Shown piece by piece: positions 18,226-27,717 of a stretch of 64,000 nucleotides of DNA; within the stretch, counting starts at the first letter, position 1; each line of letters starts with the position of its first letter. This DNA is from an uncultured Roseivirgaceae bacterium. GTDB taxonomy: Bacteria; Bacteroidota; Bacteroidia; Cytophagales; Cyclobacteriaceae. Below the pieces are notes generated by a model that was not told where the DNA came from, ran no database searches, and saw only the letters and a program-made list of their open reading frames with translations. The position numbers were made by a program, and so were the translations under genes. The stretch spans positions 531-64,530 of the forward strand of contig CAZAWQ010000095.1 of the NCBI GenBank assembly GCA_964488585.1, written 5' to 3'.

Positions 18226-19902
18226 GTGATTTTTAACCAGACAATTAAGAATATTAGCAGGATTCGGGATGTAATCCGGGTATTGCTAAAATATGGATTC
18301 GAAGATATAGTGGTCAATACACCACTAAAAAACCTTATCCGTCAAAATAAGCGACTTACCTGGTTAAGACATAATCGATCAGTCTTTGATTACAGTCGTT
18401 GGGAAAGAGTAAGGATGGTGACTGAAGAGCTTGGGGCCACTTTTATTAAACTGGGGCAACTTCTTAGTAATCGTCCTGATATTCTGCCACTGCCACTAAT
18501 CCAGGAACTCGAGAAGCTTCAAAACGAAGTTCCACCTTTCCCGAGTGATCAGGCAATAAAGATCATAGAAAAAGAAACTGGTCAAAGTATAGACTCATTG
18601 TTTTCCTACTTTGAAGAGAAACCACTAGGCTCCGCCTCGATAGGACAAGTCCACCGGGCCAGGCTGCAAAACGGACAGGACGTAGTTGTCAAGGTACGCC
18701 GGCCTAAAGTAAAGCAATTGGTATATACGGATTTGGAACTTCTAAAGGAAATAGTCAGGATAACTGAAAACTACCTAAAGAAGCAAGGTTTACTAAACCC
18801 CGTCGAAATCGTAAAAACTGTAGAAAAAGTTTTAATTAAAGAGTTGGACTACACCATTGAAGCCCGTAACCTGGAACACTTCAGAAGTTTCTACAAGAAT
18901 GAAAAAAGCTTCATTGTACCAAAACCATTCAAAGAGTTGTCTGGTAACAAGGTTTTGATCATGGAATTGATTCATGGCTGCAAGATTACCAATGTACAAC
19001 AGATGCTTGACTGGGGATTGGATCCCAGGAAAATTGCCGAACGGGGAATGGATATATACCTGAAGCAGATATTTGAGTTTGGCTTTTTCCATGCGGATCC
19101 CCATCCCGGGAATATCTTGGTCCAAAAAGACGGGGTAATCTGTTTGATAGACTTTGGAATGACTGGCAAATTATTGAAGCGCGACAAACTTGCATTTGGG
19201 GGGATTCTGCTGGGCATGGCCAATAAAAATCCCAGGGCTATGGCCATTAGTTTCAAGAAACTCGCCATTGATCACAATATCGAAGATATGCGCTCCTTTG
19301 AGTATCGGTTAAGTGAGTTAATTGAGGAGTTTGCCAGTCTGGAATTGGAGGAGGTCAATATGTCGGCATTGGCTCTTGGCCTCCAAAGGATCATCTATGA
19401 CTATCAACTAAAGGTTCCCGGAAGCATTTTTCTTATTCTTCGGGCCCTGGTGATCTTAGAAGGAATAGGAAAACGCATTCATCCTGAGTTCAAGACTTTT
19501 GAGTTTTTTAAACCATATGGAAAAAAACTGTTGTTAGAGCAGTATTCGCTAAAAGAAATAGGATCTGACTTGCTATTTTCAGGTTCCCAGTTTCTTTCAT
19601 TCCTAAACAAATTTCCTACTGAGCTCAAATATATCCTTAAAAAGATACGAAAAGGAGAACTCTATTATCATGTAGAATATCATGGTCTGGAGCCCCTGAC
19701 AAAAAAGCTCAACAGTATAGCCAACCGGTTGGTGCTTGCTATATTAATTTCCACTTTTGTTATGGCCTCAACATTCATATTAATCTATCAACCTGATGGC
19801 TCCACTTTTTATGGAGTCCCAGTATTAAGCTGGGTTGGCTATTTATTGAGTACATGGATGTCATTGCTTTTAATATTTTCAATGCTCCGAAACCGTCGCT
19901 GA
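18226..19902 (+). CDS. ABC1/UbiB (AarF) atypical kinase family protein
   Basis: 558 aa. FIKLGQLLSNRPD, PLGSASIGQVHRA, FFHADPHPGNI and LIDFGM are hallmark ABC1 kinase motifs, and the C-terminus has 2 TM helices. GTG start. Confidence 0.9.
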   Translation: MIFNQTIKNISRIRDVIRVLLKYGFEDIVVNTPLKNLIRQNKRLTWLRHNRSVFDYSRWERVRMVTEELGATFIKLGQLLSNRPDILPLPLIQELEKLQNEVPPFPSDQAIKIIEKETGQSIDSLFSYFEEKPLGSASIGQVHRARLQNGQDVVVKVRRPKVKQLVYTDLELLKEIVRITENYLKKQGLLNPVEIVKTVEKVLIKELDYTIEARNLEHFRSFYKNEKSFIVPKPFKELSGNKVLIMELIHGCKITNVQQMLDWGLDPRKIAERGMDIYLKQIFEFGFFHADPHPGNILVQKDGVICLIDFGMTGKLLKRDKLAFGGILLGMANKNPRAMAISFKKLAIDHNIEDMRSFEYRLSELIEEFASLELEEVNMSALALGLQRIIYDYQLKVPGSIFLILRALVILEGIGKRIHPEFKTFEFFKPYGKKLLLEQYSLKEIGSDLLFSGSQFLSFLNKFPTELKYILKKIRKGELYYHVEYHGLEPLTKKLNSIANRLVLAILISTFVMASTFILIYQPDGSTFYGVPVLSWVGYLLSTWMSLLLIFSMLRNRR

Positions 19903-19912
19903 AGATTCGTTA

Positions 19913-20515
19913 ATGTTGTACGTCATACCGTTCATTTCCGCTCTTATTGGCTACGTCACCAACTACGTTGCTATTAAAATGCTTTTTTATCCCCGCGAGC
20001 CAATCAATTTGTGGTTGTTTAGGTTACAAGGAATATTTCCCAAACGAAAAACTGTTTTGGCCCGTCGGATGGCAAAATTGGTATCCGAGGAGTTGCTGTC
20101 GATGGATCAACTAAAAGATGAGATCGATCGACAAGCCACGCAGGGTGATATAAGGGACGCCATAGAAGACGAAGTGGAAAACTATCTAAGAGAAAAAATC
20201 TCTTCTTTTAACCCGATAATTTCGTCCTTTATTAACGAGAATAGAATTCAGCAACTAAGAGATAAAATTTGCCTTGAAATTGAATCGTTTATTCCCAAAA
20301 TCACTCATCAATTTTTTAACCGGTTAGATATGGTGAATTTGGAAAACATAGTTTTCGATCAGGTAGCTTCCTTCACCAGTGATAAACTGGAAAATATGAT
20401 GATGGCGGTTATCCAAAATGAGTTGAGATTTATTGAATGGGCCGGAGCTTTCCTTGGATTTATAATTGGTTTGATCCAGGTGCTTTTGTTGCTTCAATGG
20501 GGTTATCGGATCTAG
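19913..20515 (+). CDS. DUF445-family membrane protein (single-unit paralog)
   Basis: N-terminal IGYVTNYVAIKMLFYP and C-terminal EWAGAFLGFIIGLIQ match each half of the 13411..14618 gene. It starts 10 nt after the ABC1 kinase stop. Confidence 0.75.
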   Translation: MLYVIPFISALIGYVTNYVAIKMLFYPREPINLWLFRLQGIFPKRKTVLARRMAKLVSEELLSMDQLKDEIDRQATQGDIRDAIEDEVENYLREKISSFNPIISSFINENRIQQLRDKICLEIESFIPKITHQFFNRLDMVNLENIVFDQVASFTSDKLENMMMAVIQNELRFIEWAGAFLGFIIGLIQVLLLLQWGYRI

Positions 20516-20633
20516 CCCATAATTAGCAAATCCGGGCTTTTGTTATACCCTTCTACTTTGTCTTCCAGGGGTTTTTTTATATATTTAACCCAATACCGTA
20601 CCTAGGTAAACGCGTACACCAATTTCACAAACT

Positions 20634-22181
20634 ATGCTTATTCCAAGCCTTTTACTTAAACAATTATACACTTTTGGAAGCCTAAAGAATGATAACGGTG
20701 GGGTATCCTTTTCATTGAAGAACCGTCTACAAGATGCCAAGTTAACGGAAATCATTCACCTTAAAATTGACGGCCGGGAAATATCCCTGGACAGGATCAC
20801 CCTGGATTTCGGAAACGGCCAGCTAATATCACCATCGGAAATATCCAAGGAATCGCCTGTTGACTTTCCACTACGGAAGTCATTTAATCTAATCGCTAAA
20901 ACCGATCCGTTGCAACTCGGTAAGCATAAAATTGAATTGAGGTTCAGGGCTAAGCCCTTTGGAAAACTTACTCTGAAAGTGGACGGTGGTATCTCAGACA
21001 CGCTTGAGTCATCTAACAAAATACCCCGTGACCCAGATAATGATTATGGTACTGAAGCAGTGAAGGCCAGGCTGGAATTTCTGGAGAAGTATTGCAACTT
21101 CTCATTAAATCACCTTAAACAATATTCTTTTGACCCCAACACCTTAAAAGGCAATATTGAGCATTTTACGGGGGTTGCACAAATTCCTTTAGGAATTGCC
21201 GGTCCAATAACCATCAACGGGGAGCATGCCCAAGGTGATTTCATTATTCCTATGGCTACTACCGAGGGCACATTGGTGGCTTCCTACAACAGAGGAATGA
21301 AGGTATTAAATGCCTGTGGGGGGGCAAAATGTACCGTAGTTGAGGATGCCATGCAACGGGCCCCTGTTTTCGTTTTTGAAGATGCCCGTGGGGCCAGGGA
21401 TTTTGTAAAATGGGTACGTAAGAACTTTGAAGAAATTTCAATAAAAGCGGAAGCAACCACCAGAGTGGGCAAGTTGTTATATATTGACGACTACCTGGCC
21501 AATAAATTTGCCTATTTGCGGTTTAACTTCACAACCGGCGATGCTGCTGGTCAGAATATGGTGGGTCGGGCAACTTTTACCGCCTGTAGTTGGATTTTAG
21601 ATCAATACAAAGAAAATAAAATCTTCCATTTTTATCTTGAATCCAATCTGGCTACTGATAAAAAAGCCAGCCAAGTAAATGTCATGCACACACGGGGTAA
21701 AAGGGTTACGGCAGAAGCTGTTCTTAAAAGGGATGTGCTAATACAATATATGCGGGTAGAGCCGGAAAGCCTTACCTATCATAGCCAGGTTTCTAACATT
21801 GGCGCAATGCTTTCAGGCGCTAATAACAATGGCGCCCATTCAGCAAACGCTATCACCGCCATTTTCATGGCCACCGGGCAGGATGTTGCCAACGTCTCAG
21901 AGTCATCTGCCGCTATTATGTACACAGAGCTTACTCCGGACAGAGATCTTTACATATCAATAACCATTCCTTCACTGATCGTGGCTACTTATGGTGGCGG
22001 CGTAGGACTGGCCACTCAGCGCGAGTGCCTGGAGCTTTTAGGATGTTATGGCCAAGGCAAGGTTCAGAAATTTGCAGAGATCGTAGCAGGTACAGTATTG
22101 GCTGGTGAAATCTCTTTGGCCGCTGCCATTTCCAGTTCAGACTGGGTCTCCAGTCACGAACAATACGGCCGTAACCGCTAA
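20634..22181 (+). CDS. Class I hydroxymethylglutaryl-CoA reductase with an N-terminal extension of about 130 aa
   Basis: The catalytic region carries IPLGIAGP, PMATTEGTLVAS.NRG, TGDAAGQNM and GGGVGL motifs of class I HMGR. The first ~130 aa are non-hydrophobic and unassigned. Confidence 0.9.
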   Translation: MLIPSLLLKQLYTFGSLKNDNGGVSFSLKNRLQDAKLTEIIHLKIDGREISLDRITLDFGNGQLISPSEISKESPVDFPLRKSFNLIAKTDPLQLGKHKIELRFRAKPFGKLTLKVDGGISDTLESSNKIPRDPDNDYGTEAVKARLEFLEKYCNFSLNHLKQYSFDPNTLKGNIEHFTGVAQIPLGIAGPITINGEHAQGDFIIPMATTEGTLVASYNRGMKVLNACGGAKCTVVEDAMQRAPVFVFEDARGARDFVKWVRKNFEEISIKAEATTRVGKLLYIDDYLANKFAYLRFNFTTGDAAGQNMVGRATFTACSWILDQYKENKIFHFYLESNLATDKKASQVNVMHTRGKRVTAEAVLKRDVLIQYMRVEPESLTYHSQVSNIGAMLSGANNNGAHSANAITAIFMATGQDVANVSESSAAIMYTELTPDRDLYISITIPSLIVATYGGGVGLATQRECLELLGCYGQGKVQKFAEIVAGTVLAGEISLAAAISSSDWVSSHEQYGRNR

Positions 22182-22187
22182 GCATCT

Positions 22188-24581
22188 ATGAAAATATTCA
22201 AATGGATTCTGATTGGGTTGGTGGTACTTTCATCAATCATGGTGTTTGGGTTATTTTGGTTGTTAGATTCCAGTAAGCCCACCTATAACGGTGAGGTAGT
22301 GTTGGACGGTCTACCAAATGACGTCCAGGTGTACTACGATAATTATGGTATCCCTCATATATACGCCAAGAATGAGGAAGACCTTTATTTTGCTTTGGGT
22401 TATGTGCACGCTCAGGACCGTCTGTTCCAAATGGAGCTTTTACGACGAGTTGGTGGAGGAAACCTGGCAGAGATTCTAGGACCAGACCTGGCGGAAACCG
22501 ATCGTTTTATGCGAACCATCGGCATTAATGAAACCGCCAAAAAATCCGCGGCCGCTTTTTTTTCCTCTAACAAAGAACCTTTTCAAAAGGCGGCATTAGC
22601 TTATCTTCAGGGGTTAAATACCTACCAAAAGACGGGAGCCACACCACCTGAATTTACTCTGCTAAATATCCCAATAAGGGATTTTACCCCAGTTGATCTC
22701 TACAGAATTATTGGTTACATGGGATTCAGTTTTAACACGGCTATACGAACGGACCCCCTGATCACCAGCATCGCTACTAAACTTGGCCCGGACTATATCA
22801 AAGACCTAAGGCTCAACACCACCACAGAAAACACCACAATTCCAACCAACCTGCAGGATACCACGGGTATTATGGGTATCACCAAAACTGCCTTGAATGT
22901 TTTGGAATCACTTCCGGTGCCACCCTGGATGGGCAGCAACTCTTGGGTAGTGGGACCTGAAAAAACCAAATCCGGCTACCCAATGCTGGCAAATGATACG
23001 CATATTGGTTTTGGACAACCGGCAGTCTTTTACGAGGCACATTTGAACAGTCCGGGTTTCAATTTCTATGGAAATCATTTGGCGGGGTTTCCATTTGCTA
23101 TAGTTGGGCACAACGATTACAGTGCTTGGGGCTTAACCATATTTCCCAATGATGATATGGATTTTTATCGGGAAAAACTTAATCCCAATAGCTCCAGGCA
23201 GGTTTGGAACAAGGACCACTGGGAAGATCTGAATAGCCGAAAGGAGACAATCGTCATCAAGGGTGGTGATGATCTGGAATTCATTGTTAGGTCCTCCAGA
23301 CATGGACCAATCATAAATGAGATAAACCCCGTAGTAGATTCACTGGAGCACCAGCCGGTAAGTTTTTTTTGGACCTTCAATAAATTTCCCAGTAAGATAT
23401 TGCAATTAGCCTATGGAATGGCACACAGCAAAAGTATTGATCAATTCAGGAGTGCAGTATCACTGCTGGAAGCCCCGGGACTAAATATTACCTATGCTGA
23501 TAAAGACGGAAATATTGCCTGGTGGGCTGCAGCCAGATTGATCAAAAGACCAGCACATGTGGAACCCAAAATGATTTTAGACGGCTCAAGTGGCCATGAC
23601 GACCCTCTGGGCTGGTATCCTTTTTCTGTAAACCCTAGATCAGAAAACCCCGATCATGGTTTTGTCTATTCTGCCAACAATCAACCGGATAGCTCATACA
23701 AGGTATTGCATCCCGGATACTATTATCCCGGCGCAAGGGGAAAGCGTATAACCCAACTGATTTCTGAAAATGACCAATGGGACTTAAAGGGTTTCCAGGA
23801 AATGGTAATGGATGATAAAAGCCTGTTATATCCTGATGTGGCCCAAACTATAACTTCACTAGTTTCCAGCGAGCTCACAGTTTTGGAACAGCATGTATTG
23901 GACCTCCTCAGTTCCTGGGATGGCAGCCATGGATTATCAGATATTGGCCCTACTATTTATTATCAACTAATCTATCGGGTGCAAACAAATATGATGGAAG
24001 ACGAATTGGGGGCAGATCAACTCAAAATATACTTAACTACTCTGGTTGCCCGGCGGTCACTTTCCCATTTAATCGCTAATGAACGTTCTGTTTGGTGGGA
24101 TAATGTTCACACCGCAGACCTGGAAACACGCGAACTGATAATCAACCGGAGTTTTAAAGAGGCAGTAAGTACATTGGCGAAATCCTTAGGTAATGATCCA
24201 AAAAATTGGACCTGGGACAGAGTTCATCTTTTGGAGCACGTGCACGCAATCGGTCGAAAGAAACCCTTCAATCTACTATTCAATGTTGGTCCATTTGGGG
24301 TCAGTGGCGGTGATGAAGTGATCAATAAGATGGACTTTGATAAAACCCAATCCCCGTATAAGGTTCTATCGGGTGCAGCAATGCGTATACTTATCGATCT
24401 TGCTGATATCGAAAATTCTTTGAGCGTACTTCCTACCGGCCAATCAGGACACCCAATGAGTCCTCATTACCAGGATCAGGCTGAATTGTATAACAGTGGA
24501 AGGTTTAGAGCACAATTAATGGATAAGGATGAGATCATTTCAGTATCCAAGCAACGGTTATTACTGAGAGCTATGGACTAA
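22188..24581 (+). CDS. Penicillin acylase / AHL-acylase family Ntn-hydrolase (N-terminal membrane anchor)
   Basis: 797 aa. GIPHIYA, HAQDRLFQME and the nucleophile context GSNSWVVGP are typical of penicillin amidase family S45. It starts 6 nt after the HMGR stop. Confidence 0.9.
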   Translation: MKIFKWILIGLVVLSSIMVFGLFWLLDSSKPTYNGEVVLDGLPNDVQVYYDNYGIPHIYAKNEEDLYFALGYVHAQDRLFQMELLRRVGGGNLAEILGPDLAETDRFMRTIGINETAKKSAAAFFSSNKEPFQKAALAYLQGLNTYQKTGATPPEFTLLNIPIRDFTPVDLYRIIGYMGFSFNTAIRTDPLITSIATKLGPDYIKDLRLNTTTENTTIPTNLQDTTGIMGITKTALNVLESLPVPPWMGSNSWVVGPEKTKSGYPMLANDTHIGFGQPAVFYEAHLNSPGFNFYGNHLAGFPFAIVGHNDYSAWGLTIFPNDDMDFYREKLNPNSSRQVWNKDHWEDLNSRKETIVIKGGDDLEFIVRSSRHGPIINEINPVVDSLEHQPVSFFWTFNKFPSKILQLAYGMAHSKSIDQFRSAVSLLEAPGLNITYADKDGNIAWWAAARLIKRPAHVEPKMILDGSSGHDDPLGWYPFSVNPRSENPDHGFVYSANNQPDSSYKVLHPGYYYPGARGKRITQLISENDQWDLKGFQEMVMDDKSLLYPDVAQTITSLVSSELTVLEQHVLDLLSSWDGSHGLSDIGPTIYYQLIYRVQTNMMEDELGADQLKIYLTTLVARRSLSHLIANERSVWWDNVHTADLETRELIINRSFKEAVSTLAKSLGNDPKNWTWDRVHLLEHVHAIGRKKPFNLLFNVGPFGVSGGDEVINKMDFDKTQSPYKVLSGAAMRILIDLADIENSLSVLPTGQSGHPMSPHYQDQAELYNSGRFRAQLMDKDEIISVSKQRLLLRAMD

Positions 24582-24825
24582 GGAGATCCCTTCCGCGCAG
24601 ATCAGCAGTCCGTATTCGAACAAATACCTGTCCGCTATTGTAACAGTTGTATTTCTTATTGGCTTAACTACTTTCTCAATCACTTGATTTAAAGTCATTT
24701 GAATATCAGGCACATCATTTGTTCCGAATTTATGAAAGATACTTCCGGTTTAATTAATCCTTGAAGTCCAGGGAATAATTTCAGGAAAGCTTTCGTTACT
24801 TTTTTAGGTGTGTTAAACAGTGTTC

Positions 24826-25887
24826 ATGAATTCACTGAAAGAATTTTTTTGGTTTTGCTCCGGCGCCAGTCCTGAGCTCCTTAAAAGATGTCCCACGGAA
24901 AACAGCAAATATACCGGAATCGGGGCCACGGTACTTTTTACTGGTATCTTAGCCGCACTAGCTGGAGGGTATGCTTTATTTACCGTCTTTGACTACTGGC
25001 TGCCTGCAGTGATATTTGGCATACTCTGGGGGGCTATGATCTTCAATCTCGATCGATATATCGTGTCAAGCATGAAAAAAGAGGACAACATATGGAAGGA
25101 AATCCGTACCGCTGTCCCACGAATCATTTTGGCGGTGCTGTTGGCATTTGTAATATCAAAACCCCTGGAACTCAAAATGTTTGAAAGGGAAATTAATGGT
25201 GAATTGGTCTTGATGGAGCAAGCACTGTTTAAGAAACAGGAAGACACCATAAAAGCACGATTCGTCCCAAACATTCAACTCCTTGATAAGGAAATTGAGC
25301 TGTTAAAAGCCGAGGTTACAGATAAAGAAGAAATTCGTGATGAACTTAGATTGACAGCACAACAAGAAGCGGACGGTACCGGGGGCAGTAAGAGGCGAAA
25401 TCTGGGCCCGATATATCGAGTGAAAAAACAGGATGCAGATCGTGTCGATCAGGAGCTTGCCACCCTTAAAACTAAAAACGACATTTTAATCGCTAACAAG
25501 CAAAGTGACATTGAAATGTTGCAAGTGTCTTACCGCAAAGAAATCACCGCCCTAAATAGGGAAAAGTACCATGGCCTGGCCGCCAGACTTGATGCATTAG
25601 GTAATCTGACTAAGAATAGTCAGCCTATATATTGGGCAAACCTGTTTATCATATTGCTATTTATTGCCATCGAAACCGCACCGGTATTTGTTAAACTGAT
25701 GGGGAGTAAAGGACCCTATGATGACCTTCTACACACTCATGAGCATGGCTTTGACCTATACCGGATAGAACAGACCACTAAATCCTCGCATGATACTGCC
25801 ACCAGACTGATGGACCACACCAGGGAAAAGAAGAATGATGATATAGCCGAAGAGCTTGACCCAGTATCTTACGCCAGTCAGACCTGA
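24826..25887 (+). CDS. DUF4407-like membrane protein with central coiled coil
   Basis: The N-terminal FFWFCSGASPELLKRCP..E..KY.GIGATV pattern, followed by TM helices, a long Glu/Lys coiled coil and a C-terminal TM segment, is what I recall for DUF4407. The listed ORF starts at the GTG at 24820. Confidence 0.65.
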   Translation: MNSLKEFFWFCSGASPELLKRCPTENSKYTGIGATVLFTGILAALAGGYALFTVFDYWLPAVIFGILWGAMIFNLDRYIVSSMKKEDNIWKEIRTAVPRIILAVLLAFVISKPLELKMFEREINGELVLMEQALFKKQEDTIKARFVPNIQLLDKEIELLKAEVTDKEEIRDELRLTAQQEADGTGGSKRRNLGPIYRVKKQDADRVDQELATLKTKNDILIANKQSDIEMLQVSYRKEITALNREKYHGLAARLDALGNLTKNSQPIYWANLFIILLFIAIETAPVFVKLMGSKGPYDDLLHTHEHGFDLYRIEQTTKSSHDTATRLMDHTREKKNDDIAEELDPVSYASQT

Positions 25888-25923
25888 TCAAACTTAAACC
25901 ATCACTTATTTGTTCCAGTGTCT

Positions 25924-26460
25924 ATGGGAAAAGTTCTATGCGCATTAACGTGGATATTTTTCAGCTTACAATTTGAGTCCAAGGCGCAGAATCACTCCAT
26001 ACATGAGATCCGGCATGAATTTTACCTCAGCACGCTCGACTACCTACACGCTTTTTCTCTTATTGAAAAATTGGATAAAATCAGTGATCCCAATGCTTTG
26101 GAGTTAGCCTACAGAGCCGCTACTCAAGCCATTCTAGCAAAACCCGGGTGGAACATTTTTAAAAAATTAAGCTACTTAAGGCACTCTCGCAACTCATTCC
26201 AGCAAGCTATTGAACTGGACATTAAAGATCTTGAAATAAGATTCCTGAGGCTATCTGTTGAACATCACATTCCCCATTATCTTGGCTTTAGTCGTAACAT
26301 GGCACATGATAAGCAGGTAATTATGGAGAATATTGACAGGTTTAAGCAGAAAGAGCTCCCTAAGGAAATTACTGACTACATCATTCTTTTCAGTGTTGAA
26401 TCAGGAATTTACACTACTGAGGAAATTGAACACCTGAGATCTCTTTTGGAAAACCACTAA
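25924..26460 (+). CDS. Hypothetical secreted helical protein
   Basis: Signal peptide (LTWIFFSLQFESKAQ). No family recognised. The stop overlaps the convergent rarA by 4 nt. Confidence 0.5.
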   Translation: MGKVLCALTWIFFSLQFESKAQNHSIHEIRHEFYLSTLDYLHAFSLIEKLDKISDPNALELAYRAATQAILAKPGWNIFKKLSYLRHSRNSFQQAIELDIKDLEIRFLRLSVEHHIPHYLGFSRNMAHDKQVIMENIDRFKQKELPKEITDYIILFSVESGIYTTEEIEHLRSLLENH

Positions 26461-27716
26461 TAATTATACTTATTATTCCATAAGGCCTTTAATCGCTTCC
26501 GCAGTTCATACTCTCTGGTATTTTCTCCCGGATCATAAATCTGTGTGCCTTCCAGACTTTCCGGAAGAAACTCATGTGGAATGAAATTTCCGGGGTGTTC
26601 ATGGGCATACTGGTAATCCTTTCCATAGCCTTGTTCACGCATTAATCCAGTAGGTGCATTTCTCAAAGACAGAGGTACCGGCAGGTCACCCCGTTCATTC
26701 ACCAATCTCTTGGCATTTTTAATGGCCTTATAGCTGGCATTACTTTTAGGGGAACAGGCCAGGTAGATAGAACATTGTGATAAAATGATTTCAGCTTCTG
26801 GATAACCGATCATATTTACGGCTTGAAAACAGTTGGTAGCCATAACCAAAGCTGTGGGATTGGCATTTCCTATATCCTCAGAAGCCAGGATCACCAGCCG
26901 ACGGGCTATGAATTTAACATCTTCGCCTCCCTCGATCATCCTAGCCAGCCAGTAAACAGCGGCATTAGGATCACTGCCTCTGATTGATTTAATAAAAGCG
27001 GAGATAATGTCGTAATGCTGCTCTCCCTGCTTATCATAGAGTACCACCCGCCGCTGGGCTGCTTCAATTATCTTTTCATCAGTAATAATCACCTTTGATT
27101 CCTTCGGATCTATCACCAATTCCATCAAATTCAATAGTCTACGTGCATCTCCCCCGCTTAATCTCAATAAAGCTTCATCTTCCTTTATCTCAACTTCGAT
27201 GTTTTTGAATTCTCCTTCCAGTGCTTTCTTAACAATAGATTTCAGATCCTGTTGCTCCAGCGATTTTAAGACATACACCTGACACCGAGAAAGTAAGGCA
27301 CTATTTACTTCGAATGATGGGTTCTCAGTGGTAGCACCGATCAAAGTTATTACTCCTTTTTCAACCGCTCCAAGGAGTGCATCTTGTTGTGATTTATTGA
27401 ATCGATGTATTTCATCAATGAATAAGATTACACCATGCTGTCTACTCCCTTTTGCAATTACTTCCCTTACATCTTTTACCCCAGAACTTATGGCGCTTAG
27501 TTTATAAAATGGTCTTTTTGTCTGATTGGCTACAATATTGGCAATGGTAGTTTTCCCCACTCCTGGAGGGCCCCATAAGATCATAGAAGGTATTGAGCCG
27601 CTTTCAATAGCCACCCTTAAAGGAGCCCCAGAGCCCAGCAAATGAGATTGTCCCAATAAATCATCCAACATATGTGGGCGCATTTTTTCAGCTAATGGTC
27701 TTTGGTCCTGCAACAT
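26457..27716 (-). CDS. rarA: Replication-associated recombination protein A (AAA+ ATPase)
   Basis: LAEKMRP..LDD..GQ.HL, Walker A GPPGVGKTT and Walker [13 protein letters not shown], plus a C-terminal MgsA domain (HYD.ISA..KS.RGSD). Confidence 0.95.
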   Translation of the reverse strand: MLQDQRPLAEKMRPHMLDDLLGQSHLLGSGAPLRVAIESGSIPSMILWGPPGVGKTTIANIVANQTKRPFYKLSAISSGVKDVREVIAKGSRQHGVILFIDEIHRFNKSQQDALLGAVEKGVITLIGATTENPSFEVNSALLSRCQVYVLKSLEQQDLKSIVKKALEGEFKNIEVEIKEDEALLRLSGGDARRLLNLMELVIDPKESKVIITDEKIIEAAQRRVVLYDKQGEQHYDIISAFIKSIRGSDPNAAVYWLARMIEGGEDVKFIARRLVILASEDIGNANPTALVMATNCFQAVNMIGYPEAEIILSQCSIYLACSPKSNASYKAIKNAKRLVNERGDLPVPLSLRNAPTGLMREQGYGKDYQYAHEHPGNFIPHEFLPESLEGTQIYDPGENTREYELRKRLKALWNNKYNY

Positions 27717-27717
27717 G

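Noticed and set aside
24582-24819. 238-nt gap after the acylase gene containing a minus-strand 45-codon ORF (MTLNQVIEKVVKPIRNTTVTIADRYLFEYGLLICAEG...).
   Set aside because: The ORF is short, overlaps the acylase 3' end, carries no recognisable family motif, and has a stop just upstream of its only Met. I treat it as non-coding.
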